This document shows, one piece after another, positions 9,770-20,144 of a stretch of DNA of 64,000 nucleotides. The notes beneath the pieces are model-generated. The model did not search any database and was not told the origin of the DNA. It saw only the letters and a list, made by a program, of their open reading frames with translations. Numbering within the stretch: position 1 is the first letter of the stretch; each line of letters starts with the position of its first letter. A program made the translations under genes and the position numbers. The stretch lies in the sequence record NC_052663.1. The stretch is one strand, 5' to 3'. The stretch comes from Escherichia phage VEcB.

Positions 9770-10717
9770 TTAGAAACAGTGCAGGAAGTTTCGACCATAC
9801 TGCAAACCAATAGGAGCAAATGGGATATCATCATCGAAATCTTGAACAACAGGTTCTGGTTCTTTCGGTGCTGGCTCTTTCTTCTCTACTTTTTTAGTTT
9901 CTTTCTTAACTTCTTGTACTGGGGTAGACATTCCACGGATAGCAGCAGCTACTTTATCAGACAAAGCAAGAACTTCACGAGCAGCTTCAATAATCTCTTC
10001 TGCCGTTACAGTTTTACCTGTATGATCACGACAAGCGTTAAGAATTGCGTGTCCAACTGAAGCACCAAGATCATAGTCAGTCACATCAACGCCACGATCT
10101 TTAGCAATTTCTGCTTTCAGAGTAACAGTTGCAGATTGTACCACACCAGCCAAGTCGAAAGCATCACCTTTCACACCAGCACGTAGAAGCTCCAGAGCGC
10201 CATTTACAGCGTGTCCTGTTTCAATCCCTACAGTATCACGTTTTTTGTAGTTAGGTTTGCTACCTTCGTTATTAGATGGCTTATTTCCACCTTTTGAAGA
10301 AGATTGTGCTTGCTGAACACCTTCTGTTGAAAGAACAGTGATTTTACCTTTAGAGGAGTTGTAGTATGTTTTGCCATTCCATTCGGAAGGTTTAACATCC
10401 ATAGTTACTTCTACACCTTTTTCGATAGTAATCCACTTATCACCATCTTTAACTTGCAGGTTTTCATGTTCTGGGTGCAGTTTAACTTCACCTAGGCTAA
10501 CCCAAACACCTTTATCATCAGCACCAGCACCTTTCTCTTTAATAAGCAGAGATGCTTTGTGAGTTGATTCAATTTTCTTATCTGGCTGACCTGCAACCTT
10601 AATATAAGAGACTTTCATTTCATCAAACTTATCCAGTTTGACATATTCAACGATACCTTCAGCCCAGAATGCTTCTTTTTTAGTACGACGGTCGATTTCA
10701 GAATTAATTACTGGCAT
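9770..10717 (-). CDS. Putative ssDNA-binding / recombination-associated protein carrying an SSB C-terminal-tip-like motif (DFDDDIPF)
   Basis: GAGGAG RBS; C-terminal region PVVQDFDDDIPF matches the E. coli SSB acidic tip but is followed by 14 more residues. Confidence 0.45.
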   Translation of the reverse strand: MPVINSEIDRRTKKEAFWAEGIVEYVKLDKFDEMKVSYIKVAGQPDKKIESTHKASLLIKEKGAGADDKGVWVSLGEVKLHPEHENLQVKDGDKWITIEKGVEVTMDVKPSEWNGKTYYNSSKGKITVLSTEGVQQAQSSSKGGNKPSNNEGSKPNYKKRDTVGIETGHAVNGALELLRAGVKGDAFDLAGVVQSATVTLKAEIAKDRGVDVTDYDLGASVGHAILNACRDHTGKTVTAEEIIEAAREVLALSDKVAAAIRGMSTPVQEVKKETKKVEKKEPAPKEPEPVVQDFDDDIPFAPIGLQYGRNFLHCF

Positions 10718-10733
10718 AAATTCTCCTCTATAA

Positions 10734-11132
10734 TTACATTACTTTAACACAAAACTCTCGTAAAAGAGTAGCGTCAGTTTCTTCCAACAGGTATTTACCA
10801 AGACCAATACCAAATCCTATTTCACCACTTTCGAAATGGAGGATTTGTATCTTTTCTCCACCAAGGTTAATTACTTTTGCTTTTCCAGGATTATCCAAAA
10901 CATCTCGTATTGTATCCTGTAGTAACATAAGTTCACGTTTTGTGATAGTGGTTTCAGATATCTCTTTGTTTTCTACTCTCACTGTTAAACGATTGTATCC
11001 ACCAAAGAGACATAGTATTTGAATAAAAAAGGTATTATCTTGAGGTTCAACATCTTTTTTAGTTAGCTCAAGACGATTAGTTTCTCTACTATAGAACGTC
11101 TCGACTAAGATTTTAGAACGATTATCTGTCAT
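10734..11132 (-). CDS. Hypothetical protein
   Basis: ORF track; GAGGA RBS. Confidence 0.35.
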   Translation of the reverse strand: MTDNRSKILVETFYSRETNRLELTKKDVEPQDNTFFIQILCLFGGYNRLTVRVENKEISETTITKRELMLLQDTIRDVLDNPGKAKVINLGGEKIQILHFESGEIGFGIGLGKYLLEETDATLLREFCVKVM

Positions 11133-11175
11133 TCAAGTCCTCATAATAACACATAATTATAATGTTTGTCAACAC

Positions 11176-11769
11176 TTAAATTTTAAATTCTTCGTTGTTA
11201 AATGAATCCAGTGTACGTACTTCTGGTTCTTTGGGAATGAAAACGTCTTTTACAAAGCGGAACATAGGGAAACGTTCTGCCATTTTACGGACGTGTGCTT
11301 CTTTACCTGTGTATCGGTGATTAATAGTACAAATATTAGTTTTCAGTGCAAATTCAAAATCTGGATGATATACATAATTTTGACCATCCCAGTAACACAA
11401 GCAAATAGCTACATCAAAGTTCCATACGATTTCACTGCGTACACCTTCTTCCATGATCATAAAGTTAAACTTAAGATCTTTATAGTATGCTTCAAATACC
11501 CATTTCAAATGTGGTAGTTCGGCATAAGTGTGTTCTGTTTGCTTAGTAATTTGTTTAACATTACGTGCACCAACACCCAACATCAAAAATTTCTCTACTA
11601 ATACAAGTGTATTGTGGTTAGGCATACGCAAGTAAATGTCAATATCTTGCGCAGGTTTCTCTAATCGCCAGTCACGTACAGCGCCGCCAGCTACAATTGC
11701 AAACGGATCTACCAGTTGGCACATACGTAATACTTCTAAAGCTCGTACTTTTTGATCTTCAATATTCAT
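11176..11769 (-). CDS. Putative nucleotidyltransferase (Pol-beta superfamily, CCA-adding/poly(A) polymerase head-domain-like)
   Basis: Motif VAGGAVRDWRLEKPAQDIDIYL (GGxVRD ... DxD); start moved to internal ATG (11769) with AGGAG RBS instead of the GTG at 11790. Confidence 0.4.
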   Translation of the reverse strand: MNIEDQKVRALEVLRMCQLVDPFAIVAGGAVRDWRLEKPAQDIDIYLRMPNHNTLVLVEKFLMLGVGARNVKQITKQTEHTYAELPHLKWVFEAYYKDLKFNFMIMEEGVRSEIVWNFDVAICLCYWDGQNYVYHPDFEFALKTNICTINHRYTGKEAHVRKMAERFPMFRFVKDVFIPKEPEVRTLDSFNNEEFKI

Positions 11770-11777
11770 ATTTTCTC

Positions 11778-12374
11778 CTATCGTGTCCACTCTTTGTGTT
11801 GTTCTACATGCTCAAGCATTTCATTATATAGTGCTTTAAGATGTGGAACAACTCTTTCATCTTCAGTTTCAAAGAATTTTGTAAGCTGTTCTGCCTTAGC
11901 CTTCAACCAACAAAGATGCGCTTCAATTTCAGTATTAAAACGTCCCAGTGTTATAACACGTCCATCACGTTGAATATGGGCTTTATACTTTTTACGATCT
12001 TTTTCGTAACTACATCCTACCATAGTCCCATGAGATCTTTTACTTACTCTATAAGCTAAGAACTTGTTAAGATCTCCTGTTACTAAAAGACAGGTATCGG
12101 GAGAGTAAACTCTCCCTCCTATAATATCTTTATCAAGTTCTAAGTTTTCCCAGTTATCCCAAGTTTGCAACCAAGAGTAGAAATTGGAGAACAGTTTCCA
12201 TTCTTCACAAACCGTCACCCCATTATAACAAGGATCACGTTCTTGTTGACAAGGGGAGTAACACCTCCCCAACATAGCCATCCATTTCATATAATGCGGC
12301 GTTAGTTTCTTACTACCAGGTAGCGTACTCTCGCCTTCCAAATCATTAATACCTTCACCATATACGGTAAGCAT
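11778..12374 (-). CDS. AP2-domain DNA-binding protein, possibly homing-endonuclease-like
   Basis: AP2-like segment KKYKAHIQRDGRVITLGRFNTEIEAHLCWLKAKA; Cys-rich N-terminal region; sits immediately downstream of the DNA polymerase gene. Confidence 0.35.
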   Translation of the reverse strand: MLTVYGEGINDLEGESTLPGSKKLTPHYMKWMAMLGRCYSPCQQERDPCYNGVTVCEEWKLFSNFYSWLQTWDNWENLELDKDIIGGRVYSPDTCLLVTGDLNKFLAYRVSKRSHGTMVGCSYEKDRKKYKAHIQRDGRVITLGRFNTEIEAHLCWLKAKAEQLTKFFETEDERVVPHLKALYNEMLEHVEQHKEWTR

Positions 12375-12401
12375 AAAAACTCCTTTAAAATCAAAGAGAT
12401 G

Positions 12402-14981
12402 TCAGTGACAAGTTGACCATGAACTACCAACATCGTAACCAGCAGTGAGAGGTACATTAAGATTGTAATACTCACCAGCTTTATTAACAGCGATAGATGC
12501 TAATTCTCCAGCACGACTGTAGGCTGTAAACCAACCACCTTTCGGAGATTCATGTACGTTAGCCCAAATCTTGCCAGTACGTTTCTCTTCCTCTTCTTTC
12601 CAGGCATTAACCTTATCCAAACATTCTTTATCAATTTTCTTTTGTTCTTCTGGATCATCAACTTGAGTCCAACCTAAAGATTCTTTAGAGAACCATTTAA
12701 AATGCACCAGATCACGAGTTACTTCAAGCTGTGCTTCATCGTGATATGCAATCATTTGTTGAACGAATGACTTATTTTTCCAGTCATCAACAAAAAAGTC
12801 AACAGCTAATCCTTCTTCTTCGATAAGATCGTCGTAGATAACCATTGCTCTTTTTGCACAAATAACACCACCACTCTGGAACAGAGAGTTAAGTATTGCG
12901 TGTGCAGATCGTGTAGGTACTTTCCTACCATCAATACCAAGAATGTATTTCTTACCTGTTTTAACCCAAAAATCATGCAGACGTTCTTTAAGAAGCGCAA
13001 GAGGTTTTGCAGCTTCCCAGAAAGCATCGTATACAAGCTGTCCTGTATACATATCACTACCTATAGTTTTTGCTACTTTTGCAGCTTGAGCACCATAAGT
13101 AATACCATACTTAACAGATTTAGCAGGGCTTCGTTCAAACTTACGACCAATAGTGTCAGAAATACGTCGAGCCATCATTGTATGAACATCATTAGGTTTT
13201 TCCAATAATAGAGCATTACAATATTCATGTGGTTCCTGCTCGTACCGCCAACAGTAGTGTGATTCTATTTTTGCCTCAAGAGAATCAAAGTCATAACCAA
13301 TTTGGAAGTATTTTGGAACTTCTACACCAAATAAGTTACGCATTTCATATCCGTACAGAGATGTTACACGTGGGATATTTGCTACTAACCTATGTTTCAT
13401 ACGAGACGTAGCTGCATCACACGTTGCAGCAGGAGTCGGTATACGACCATCAGCCCTTACTGCCGCCAGATAACCTTTATCGTAATCCTCTTCATCCTCT
13501 TCCCAATCAGCACCACCGCCTAGAATAGAGTTTCTACGATGTTTATACGTAAGATACTGCACAATCTGCGTAGCATAAGGAAACTTTTCACCTAGTGCTT
13601 CCAAGTTAGGACAAATATCCTTCTCTTGCCCTTTTGTAAAGGAAGGGTTAGTAAGCACCTTAACACCACGACCTTTAGCTTTAGCAATACGATCTCTTAG
13701 TTTCCATTCCAAAGTTTCTGGTGTGCACTCCAGATGATCACATCTATCCTGGCAGAAGTTAGATGCTAATGTTTGATCAACATAGTCACGAATAGCTTTC
13801 TCCATTTGTGCTTCATCTTTCTTAATCTTAGTGCCAGATTTAAGAGTGATATCTTTATCTTTATATTCAGATGGACTCCAACCTAAACCAACTAACCAAT
13901 TTTTAATATGTGTAGTGTCGTCTAAAGTAGCAGGTACTGTAGGATCACAAATAGGTTCTTCTGCTGGAATAGGCAGTTTAAACTCTTTACCTAATGCAAA
14001 TAACCACCAACCATCTTCTTTTTGTACAAGTTCACCAGAATGTTTCTCTGCAAACTTTATCATGTTACTTGAAGGTTCACCATTCTTTTTAAACTGTAGT
14101 TTAGGTGGAATGAATGATTTCAAATAACCTTTAGTAGCAGGTTTAGGAGGTAGCACAGGTTCTGCCTCTAAACGACATGCTTCCATTCGAGCATCCAGAT
14201 CACGAATATTATCTTCTGCTTGCTTCATATTGAAAGCAAAGCCACGGTGCTCTTGACGTGTAATAATATCAGCTACACGTTGTTCTAAGTTAAATGGTTC
14301 AGACCACTTATTATAATCACCCCACTCTTCCATCAAATAACGGAACACTGCGGTGTTAGCTTTGTTATCGTAAATACAGTAATACAGCATATCTGCTGCA
14401 AATGTTTTAAATCTTTCAGTTTCAGGGATGTTTTTTCTAAAATCAATTTTAACATCCCCTCCAGCTTTCTTAGATAACTCTGCCAGACTATGACCACCGA
14501 AGCGATCAGGGTTTAGTGTCTTACTTAAGATCATAGTATCACAAATTTCAATGTTACTATTACCCCAAGTATTGTACTTAATACTGTAGTTGAGTTTAAA
14601 AAATAATTTAATTGCCAGTAAGTCAAAGTTAATGATGTTATGTCCAACTACTTTGGTAATTTTATAGTTTGAATTACCTTTAAATTTACCTGTTCCATTT
14701 ACAAAATCAGGAAAATCTTTAAGAGGGAAATGGGTATATTCTAAATGCTCATATTCCTCCAGTCGGTATTCATACTTTCCGTCAGTCTCAATATACGGAC
14801 GACCATCGAAAAGATATTTATCACCATCATGGAAAGCAATAATCTCTCCAGTATCATGACTTTCGCACACAATACAGTGCATTGCAAAACTATCTTTTAA
14901 ACGATATGGACTTGCCAAGTAATCTACACTTTCGTCATTAAGCAAGTTGTTACTTTCAATGTCGAAAGTAAAAGCTCCCAT
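12402..14981 (-). CDS. DNA polymerase, family A, with N-terminal 3'-5' exonuclease domain
   Basis: 859 aa; exo motif FDIESNNL; motif B-like RSPAKSVKYGITYGAQ; motif C HDEAQLEV; AAGGAGGGAG RBS. Confidence 0.8.
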   Translation of the reverse strand: MGAFTFDIESNNLLNDESVDYLASPYRLKDSFAMHCIVCESHDTGEIIAFHDGDKYLFDGRPYIETDGKYEYRLEEYEHLEYTHFPLKDFPDFVNGTGKFKGNSNYKITKVVGHNIINFDLLAIKLFFKLNYSIKYNTWGNSNIEICDTMILSKTLNPDRFGGHSLAELSKKAGGDVKIDFRKNIPETERFKTFAADMLYYCIYDNKANTAVFRYLMEEWGDYNKWSEPFNLEQRVADIITRQEHRGFAFNMKQAEDNIRDLDARMEACRLEAEPVLPPKPATKGYLKSFIPPKLQFKKNGEPSSNMIKFAEKHSGELVQKEDGWWLFALGKEFKLPIPAEEPICDPTVPATLDDTTHIKNWLVGLGWSPSEYKDKDITLKSGTKIKKDEAQMEKAIRDYVDQTLASNFCQDRCDHLECTPETLEWKLRDRIAKAKGRGVKVLTNPSFTKGQEKDICPNLEALGEKFPYATQIVQYLTYKHRRNSILGGGADWEEDEEDYDKGYLAAVRADGRIPTPAATCDAATSRMKHRLVANIPRVTSLYGYEMRNLFGVEVPKYFQIGYDFDSLEAKIESHYCWRYEQEPHEYCNALLLEKPNDVHTMMARRISDTIGRKFERSPAKSVKYGITYGAQAAKVAKTIGSDMYTGQLVYDAFWEAAKPLALLKERLHDFWVKTGKKYILGIDGRKVPTRSAHAILNSLFQSGGVICAKRAMVIYDDLIEEEGLAVDFFVDDWKNKSFVQQMIAYHDEAQLEVTRDLVHFKWFSKESLGWTQVDDPEEQKKIDKECLDKVNAWKEEEEKRTGKIWANVHESPKGGWFTAYSRAGELASIAVNKAGEYYNLNVPLTAGYDVGSSWSTCH

Positions 14982-15047
14982 TCTCCCTCCTTAAAATATT
15001 TCTAAAGTCTTAATTTGTTAATACTGTACCACAAATTAATTGTTTTG

Positions 15048-15078
15048 TAAAGGGGCTTTCGCCCCTTCTTGTTATTTA
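15048..15078 (-). terminator. Hairpin terminator between 15072..15467 and the DNA polymerase gene
   Basis: GGGGC-TTTCG-GCCCC hairpin. Confidence 0.4.
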
Positions 15079-15467
15079 TTGTCAGCACTTAGTTGTACTT
15101 TAATAAGGCAATTAGGGACACCATTGGTATTTCTCAAGCCTACACGTTCAATTTTAACAGTGCCTGTCAAACCATTAAAAGTGGAAACAATGTTATTAAT
15201 GTTTTCATCCTTACTAGCGATATCAAGAACAACTTTATCACTAACATTTTTCAGCATACGATCTACAAGCTCTCCCACAAAACCACTGGTAGTTTGAATG
15301 AGAAGGTATAGGCAACCATCCTCAAACCACAAATGTTCACCATAAGCATAACCGTATGGTTCTAACTCCGATCCATCTTGAAATTTAAACTTAGCAACAG
15401 TTTTCGTATAATCATACCCTAACGCAGAAGGGGATACCCCATAAAGGATATTTTCGTTGTCTTTCAT
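15072..15467 (-). CDS. Hypothetical protein (start moved to internal ATG with AAGGAG RBS)
   Basis: Longest ORF would overlap the primase-helicase 3' end by ~120 nt; internal Met MKDNENILYG has a canonical RBS. Confidence 0.4.
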   Translation of the reverse strand: MKDNENILYGVSPSALGYDYTKTVAKFKFQDGSELEPYGYAYGEHLWFEDGCLYLLIQTTSGFVGELVDRMLKNVSDKVVLDIASKDENINNIVSTFNGLTGTVKIERVGLRNTNGVPNCLIKVQLSADNK

Positions 15468-15477
15468 ATTTCTCTCC

Positions 15478-17250
15478 TTAATAAGAACCATCAGGAATAT
15501 TCTCTGGGTTACTTGTGTATTGATCGTAATCGTGAAGTGTAGCTGTTTTAATCTCATAGAAGAAACTACCTGCTGCACCAGTCTCTGAGAACTCACGGTT
15601 CTTTAGAATGTAGCAATATGTGCGGTTACGTTCCATAGGATCTTCAGCTTGTTTATCACGCTCCAGCGCAATTGTGATACCAGCACCTTTAGCAAGGAAG
15701 CTACTACCCATTGCATCATCTTCTACAATATGTTCATTACTATTGTTAGAAGACTTTTTAACGTGTGAAATTACAACAATGGTTATTGCATACTCTTTCA
15801 TAATGCGTTTCAGCCACGTCGCAAGTTCCTCTTGTTGTGACACGTCCATACCAGAAAGCAAGTCAGAATAAGGGTCGATAACAAGAATGGTTACTCCGAA
15901 ATAAATAATCATTTCCAGAACCTTCTCTTTAATCACATCTACGTTAGCTCCACGATCATCACAAACATAGAAACGTGGTGTTCCATCTTCTCGTTCGTAA
16001 AAATCACGAATCTTTTCTTCATTATCTTTTAAAATCTTTTCCTTCTCTTCTTTCGTTTTACGGTGAAGAGGGATATGCAAGAATGAAGACAGTAAGTTAC
16101 GAGAATACTTCTTATACGTTGCCTCCAAAGATAAAATACCAAGAGTATGTTCTGGGTGTGCAAGAATAATGTGTTTCGTAATCTCGTTAACCAACAGTGT
16201 CTTACCGATACTTGTTTTTGCAAGTATAACAGTAATTTCTTCTTCTACCAAGCCTCCACCTAACATATTCGAAGCAACACGCATGAATGGAGGAAGGGTG
16301 ATCATTTTAGCTTCCAGGCATTCCAAGGCTGCTTCATATAGTACGTTAGAAGCGTAAACACCAGCAGGTGTGTACAGTTTAGCTTTGAAAAAGCGATCAA
16401 TAAAATGATCAATTTTTCCTTCTACTAGTGCCTGGTTAGGATCTTTAACATCCGTTAGTTCCATCACGTAAACTTTATTACGTGGTAAGATTTTAACACA
16501 TTTCTCAACTGCTGCACGTCCAGCTTCATCATTATCCATACATAGAACAATCTTTTTAAATTGATCTAAGAATTTATAACGATGTTGAAGCTGCTTATGC
16601 AGAGATGTTTCGCCACAAGTACCAGATACTACAGCAGGAACAGGATATTTACCACCCTTGTTATAATCTTTTAGCATCTGTGTTGCAGCCAGCATATCGT
16701 GTTCACCACCAACGATTAGAATAGTACCGCTGTGGTTACGATATTTAAACTCCCCAAAAAGATCACAATCCTTTCCTGTTTCACCGATAGGATGTGAGAA
16801 ATCTTTTGGATCGATACGTTGTTTATACCCAGCAATATTGTAATCTTTAGTTGTAGGGTATAGTGTTGAAATTACTTCGCCAGTAGCTTCATCGTACATA
16901 TAACGTACACCGAAAGGCTTAGAGATATCTTCACGAATACCGCGATAACCTTTTGGATTAGTTCCAGTGCTGGCTTTTAGTTTATCATGTACTTCTGGAT
17001 TAAACTCACTACCCAAGATATCCTCCTCTTCAATTTCTTCGCCGTGTGCATTTAACCATTTTTGATCAGGGATAGTAAAGCCACAAGAAAAACAATGTGC
17101 GCCTCGATGGTCTTCATCGGCATCTAAGCCATATACCATCAAATTGTTTTGTGATCGATCACGCCCTCCTTTCATACAACGAGGACACCCAGTATGTCCT
17201 TCTTGACTTAGATCAATGTTATACCCATATTTATTTACAACATAAGACAC
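15478..17250 (-). CDS. Bifunctional DNA primase-helicase (T7 gp4-like: zinc ribbon, TOPRIM primase, DnaB-like helicase)
   Basis: GTG start with AGGAG RBS; zinc ribbon CPRC...CFSCGF; TOPRIM-like IVLCMDNDEAGRAA; Walker A AKTSIGKT and Walker B-like VLVIDPYSDL. Confidence 0.75.
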   Translation of the reverse strand: MSYVVNKYGYNIDLSQEGHTGCPRCMKGGRDRSQNNLMVYGLDADEDHRGAHCFSCGFTIPDQKWLNAHGEEIEEEDILGSEFNPEVHDKLKASTGTNPKGYRGIREDISKPFGVRYMYDEATGEVISTLYPTTKDYNIAGYKQRIDPKDFSHPIGETGKDCDLFGEFKYRNHSGTILIVGGEHDMLAATQMLKDYNKGGKYPVPAVVSGTCGETSLHKQLQHRYKFLDQFKKIVLCMDNDEAGRAAVEKCVKILPRNKVYVMELTDVKDPNQALVEGKIDHFIDRFFKAKLYTPAGVYASNVLYEAALECLEAKMITLPPFMRVASNMLGGGLVEEEITVILAKTSIGKTLLVNEITKHIILAHPEHTLGILSLEATYKKYSRNLLSSFLHIPLHRKTKEEKEKILKDNEEKIRDFYEREDGTPRFYVCDDRGANVDVIKEKVLEMIIYFGVTILVIDPYSDLLSGMDVSQQEELATWLKRIMKEYAITIVVISHVKKSSNNSNEHIVEDDAMGSSFLAKGAGITIALERDKQAEDPMERNRTYCYILKNREFSETGAAGSFFYEIKTATLHDYDQYTSNPENIPDGSY

Positions 17251-17262
17251 AGGATTCTCCTA

Positions 17263-17532
17263 CTAAAATGATTCGTTTGTCTCCATAATATATTGCATTT
17301 CCAAATCTTCCATATGTTTCTTAAATTGGTAAACAATTTCCGATGGGGAAATATCTATATCAAAAAGGTCTTTTGTACCAGAATAAAACCTAATACCATC
17401 AACAATAAGACCACCATAATAATCCCAATCACTTTCTCGTGAGAAAGGGTTAGGTTCTTCATAATAGTAATCTACTTCAACAATAATAGGTTCTTTATTA
17501 TCTTGTTTATACTCAAAATCAAAAGTGTGCAT
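17263..17532 (-). CDS. Hypothetical protein
   Basis: ORF track; tightly packed between primase and glycosyltransferase-like gene. Confidence 0.35.
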   Translation of the reverse strand: MHTFDFEYKQDNKEPIIVEVDYYYEEPNPFSRESDWDYYGGLIVDGIRFYSGTKDLFDIDISPSEIVYQFKKHMEDLEMQYIMETNESF

Positions 17533-18476
17533 TATAAATCCTCGATAAGCAGTCTGCGGGTTTCATTTAAATCATCAATATTGTAGTTATCTCTTACATA
17601 CTTAGCAAGAGCCAATCCTTTCTCAATACAAACATCAGGGGATTCGATTAAGTATTCTACAATATCTTTCCACTCTTTAACTGAATCAGCAAAGAAGATT
17701 AGATCTTTAAATTCTTCAGTATAATAGTTCTCTCGTGGCGAACAAACGAGTGGCAAACCTTTAGCACCAGCTTCAAGAATTTTTAAATTACTTTTGGCAT
17801 TATTAAAATGATTATTTACTAATGGAGCTATGGAGATTTGATGACCATCGTATGCTTCCATATAACACTCATAAGGACGAATACCTTCATAAACACAATC
17901 TGGTTGAATATTTTCTTTAATTTGCAACCATTGAGCACTACTTAACTCTTCGTGATCTCTACGAAATCCACATAAAGTTAAATCTTTACCAAAATCAGGA
18001 AGAATTGCTAAATCATGTTTATGTGTTTCACTTCCCGCCCAAACCAGTGGACTTTTAGAATAACGATCTTTAGTAAGAACAAACTGTCCTTCATCAAAAG
18101 GTAGTCCGTTAGGCACAATATGTACATTATCATTGTATTGGCTTAATTCAACCTTTAATGCCGGAGTTGTTGTAGTTACAAGATCACTTCTTTCAAGGAA
18201 CCATTTTAGGTCATCTCGGATTTGATTTTCAAATAATCCTTCAAGCATATGCCCTTCAGGAATAATTAAAGAATCATCCAGATCCATTACCAATTTAAAC
18301 CCAAGTTGTTTAAGAGCCAGGAAACCTGGCTTTCCACGTGTTGGTACTCCATTGAACACAAAAATATTATGCTTAGGATTAATGGTCAGTTTGCGTTTAT
18401 ATGGCAAAATGATTCTATGAAAATCACATACACTATACTTTTCATTTCCGCGTGTGTCAAGAATAATATTAGGCAT
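17532..18476 (-). CDS. Glycosyltransferase-like protein, paralog 1 (GT-B-like)
   Basis: Clear paralogy with 18488..19462 (shared DLDD ... QF(V/T)LTKDRYS ... (I/V)WAG ... SIAPLV(N/D)N.FNN.KSNLKILEAGAKGLP); layout loosely recalls T4 beta-glucosyltransferase. Confidence 0.4.
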   Translation of the reverse strand: MPNIILDTRGNEKYSVCDFHRIILPYKRKLTINPKHNIFVFNGVPTRGKPGFLALKQLGFKLVMDLDDSLIIPEGHMLEGLFENQIRDDLKWFLERSDLVTTTTPALKVELSQYNDNVHIVPNGLPFDEGQFVLTKDRYSKSPLVWAGSETHKHDLAILPDFGKDLTLCGFRRDHEELSSAQWLQIKENIQPDCVYEGIRPYECYMEAYDGHQISIAPLVNNHFNNAKSNLKILEAGAKGLPLVCSPRENYYTEEFKDLIFFADSVKEWKDIVEYLIESPDVCIEKGLALAKYVRDNYNIDDLNETRRLLIEDL

Positions 18477-18487
18477 ATAGCTCCTTA

Positions 18488-19462
18488 TTAAAGACTTTCA
18501 ATAACTTGACGACGCAGTTCATTAGCATCTGCAAGATTATAATTAAGACGAACGTGTTCTGCAAGCATCATACCACGATCTTCTGTGTATCTAGGGTTCC
18601 TCATTAGCTTGACAACTTCATAATGCCAAGATGCTTTAGAGTCTGCATAGATAACAGCCTTTGCATCTACCGGATTGAAGTACGGCAGCACAGGAGAACA
18701 GATAATAGGAAGACCCTTTGCACCTGCTTCCAAAATCTTCAAATTGCTTTTACAGTTGTTGAAGTCATTATCTACCAGAGGAGCAATTGCAATACTGTGA
18801 CCGTCATACACAGACATATACTCACCTAAATTTTTAATAGCTGGTTTATACTGTGCATTTGGAATTTTACGTTTTACTTTAACCCACTCCGCAGTAGTTA
18901 GATACTGACTATTATTTCCAACAGGTGCAGAAGGATACACTTCATACCCTGCAATTGTCAATAGCGTATCATCAAATGTATTAGCTACAAGAGATAAATC
19001 AGGTTCATGGCTTGCTCCTCCCGCCCAAATAATAGGCGTGTCAGAATAACGGTCTTTTGTCAAAGTAAATTGACCTTCGTCGTAAGGTAGTGCGTTTCTA
19101 ATAACGACAACATTACGATTTAAATGACGAATTTTGTAAGCTAGGTATTCTGTTGTTACAGTAACCACATCTGCTAACTTAATCATCTCTACAATAGTCT
19201 TTGAGTGATTAGTAAATACGCCAGCCATATAATGTTCAGGATTAAGCGAATAAAAATCATCTAAATCAACAATAATCTTAACACCTTGTGCCTTCAGGCG
19301 TTTAACTTCGTCTGATCCACGAGAATACACTCTATTAAAAACTAAAACGTCTTTCTTAGGTTTAAACGTATTTCCAGCAAATGGCATTACAATACGATGG
19401 TAATCACAACCACTGCCTAACTTATTATCACACTTAAGTACAGGAGTATTAGGATTTACCAT
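18488..19462 (-). CDS. Glycosyltransferase-like protein, paralog 2
   Basis: Paralog of 17532..18476; start moved to internal ATG (MVNPNTP) with GAGGAGG RBS, matching the paralog N-terminus. Confidence 0.4.
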   Translation of the reverse strand: MVNPNTPVLKCDNKLGSGCDYHRIVMPFAGNTFKPKKDVLVFNRVYSRGSDEVKRLKAQGVKIIVDLDDFYSLNPEHYMAGVFTNHSKTIVEMIKLADVVTVTTEYLAYKIRHLNRNVVVIRNALPYDEGQFTLTKDRYSDTPIIWAGGASHEPDLSLVANTFDDTLLTIAGYEVYPSAPVGNNSQYLTTAEWVKVKRKIPNAQYKPAIKNLGEYMSVYDGHSIAIAPLVDNDFNNCKSNLKILEAGAKGLPIICSPVLPYFNPVDAKAVIYADSKASWHYEVVKLMRNPRYTEDRGMMLAEHVRLNYNLADANELRRQVIESL

Positions 19463-20135
19463 ATTTTTGAGCCTCCTCATAAGAGATAAAAGTTTTACCA
19501 TTGCGAAGATCCTCCAGGGATTGTTTATATTGTTCCCAGTTTACACCAATCCCCTGTTCTTTCTCTTCTTTTGACAGATTCGCAAAAGGTAAAGGATTGT
19601 CTCCAAATACATCATCAGGATGGATAAACGCCATAATTCGAATAGGACATGGTACGCCTTGAATACCTCGGTTCAAACCTGCCAGTGGGACGCGATGAAT
19701 CCACTCTGCATCTTCATACCCATAGCCGTGGGTGTATGAGCGGAAATAGCCAGCTTTCTCAATAACTGCACGGGAATACATACCAAACTGGCACATTCCT
19801 AGCTCCCAAATAACCACTTCCCCTTCAATACCTTTTACTTTATCTTTAAAGTATTCAGGCATACCAAAGAAATCCCAACCATTTTCCTTCGCCTGTTTTA
19901 CAAAATATGTTTCCCAACCTTGAACAACAGGATAGCAATCATCATCAAAAATAAACCAGTAATCATATCCTTCATCATAAAACTTTTTCATCAGTTCATT
20001 ACGAGCATATGCAACACCTTTTCGTTCCCGATCATACTGTACAACAAAAGTAGCACTAGGATCAGTCACAAGATAATCTTTAAGAGGACGCTTACCTACA
20101 GTAATAACACCAACACCAATTTTTGTATTTTCCAA
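19449..20135 (-). CDS. Putative GT-A-fold glycosyltransferase (DxD-type)
   Basis: TTG start with AAGGAG RBS; YWFIFDDDCYP (DxD-like acidic motif) after an N-terminal nucleotide-binding-like region. Confidence 0.4.
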   Translation of the reverse strand: MENTKIGVGVITVGKRPLKDYLVTDPSATFVVQYDRERKGVAYARNELMKKFYDEGYDYWFIFDDDCYPVVQGWETYFVKQAKENGWDFFGMPEYFKDKVKGIEGEVVIWELGMCQFGMYSRAVIEKAGYFRSYTHGYGYEDAEWIHRVPLAGLNRGIQGVPCPIRIMAFIHPDDVFGDNPLPFANLSKEEKEQGIGVNWEQYKQSLEDLRNGKTFISYEEAQKYGKS

Positions 20136-20144
20136 AATAACTCC

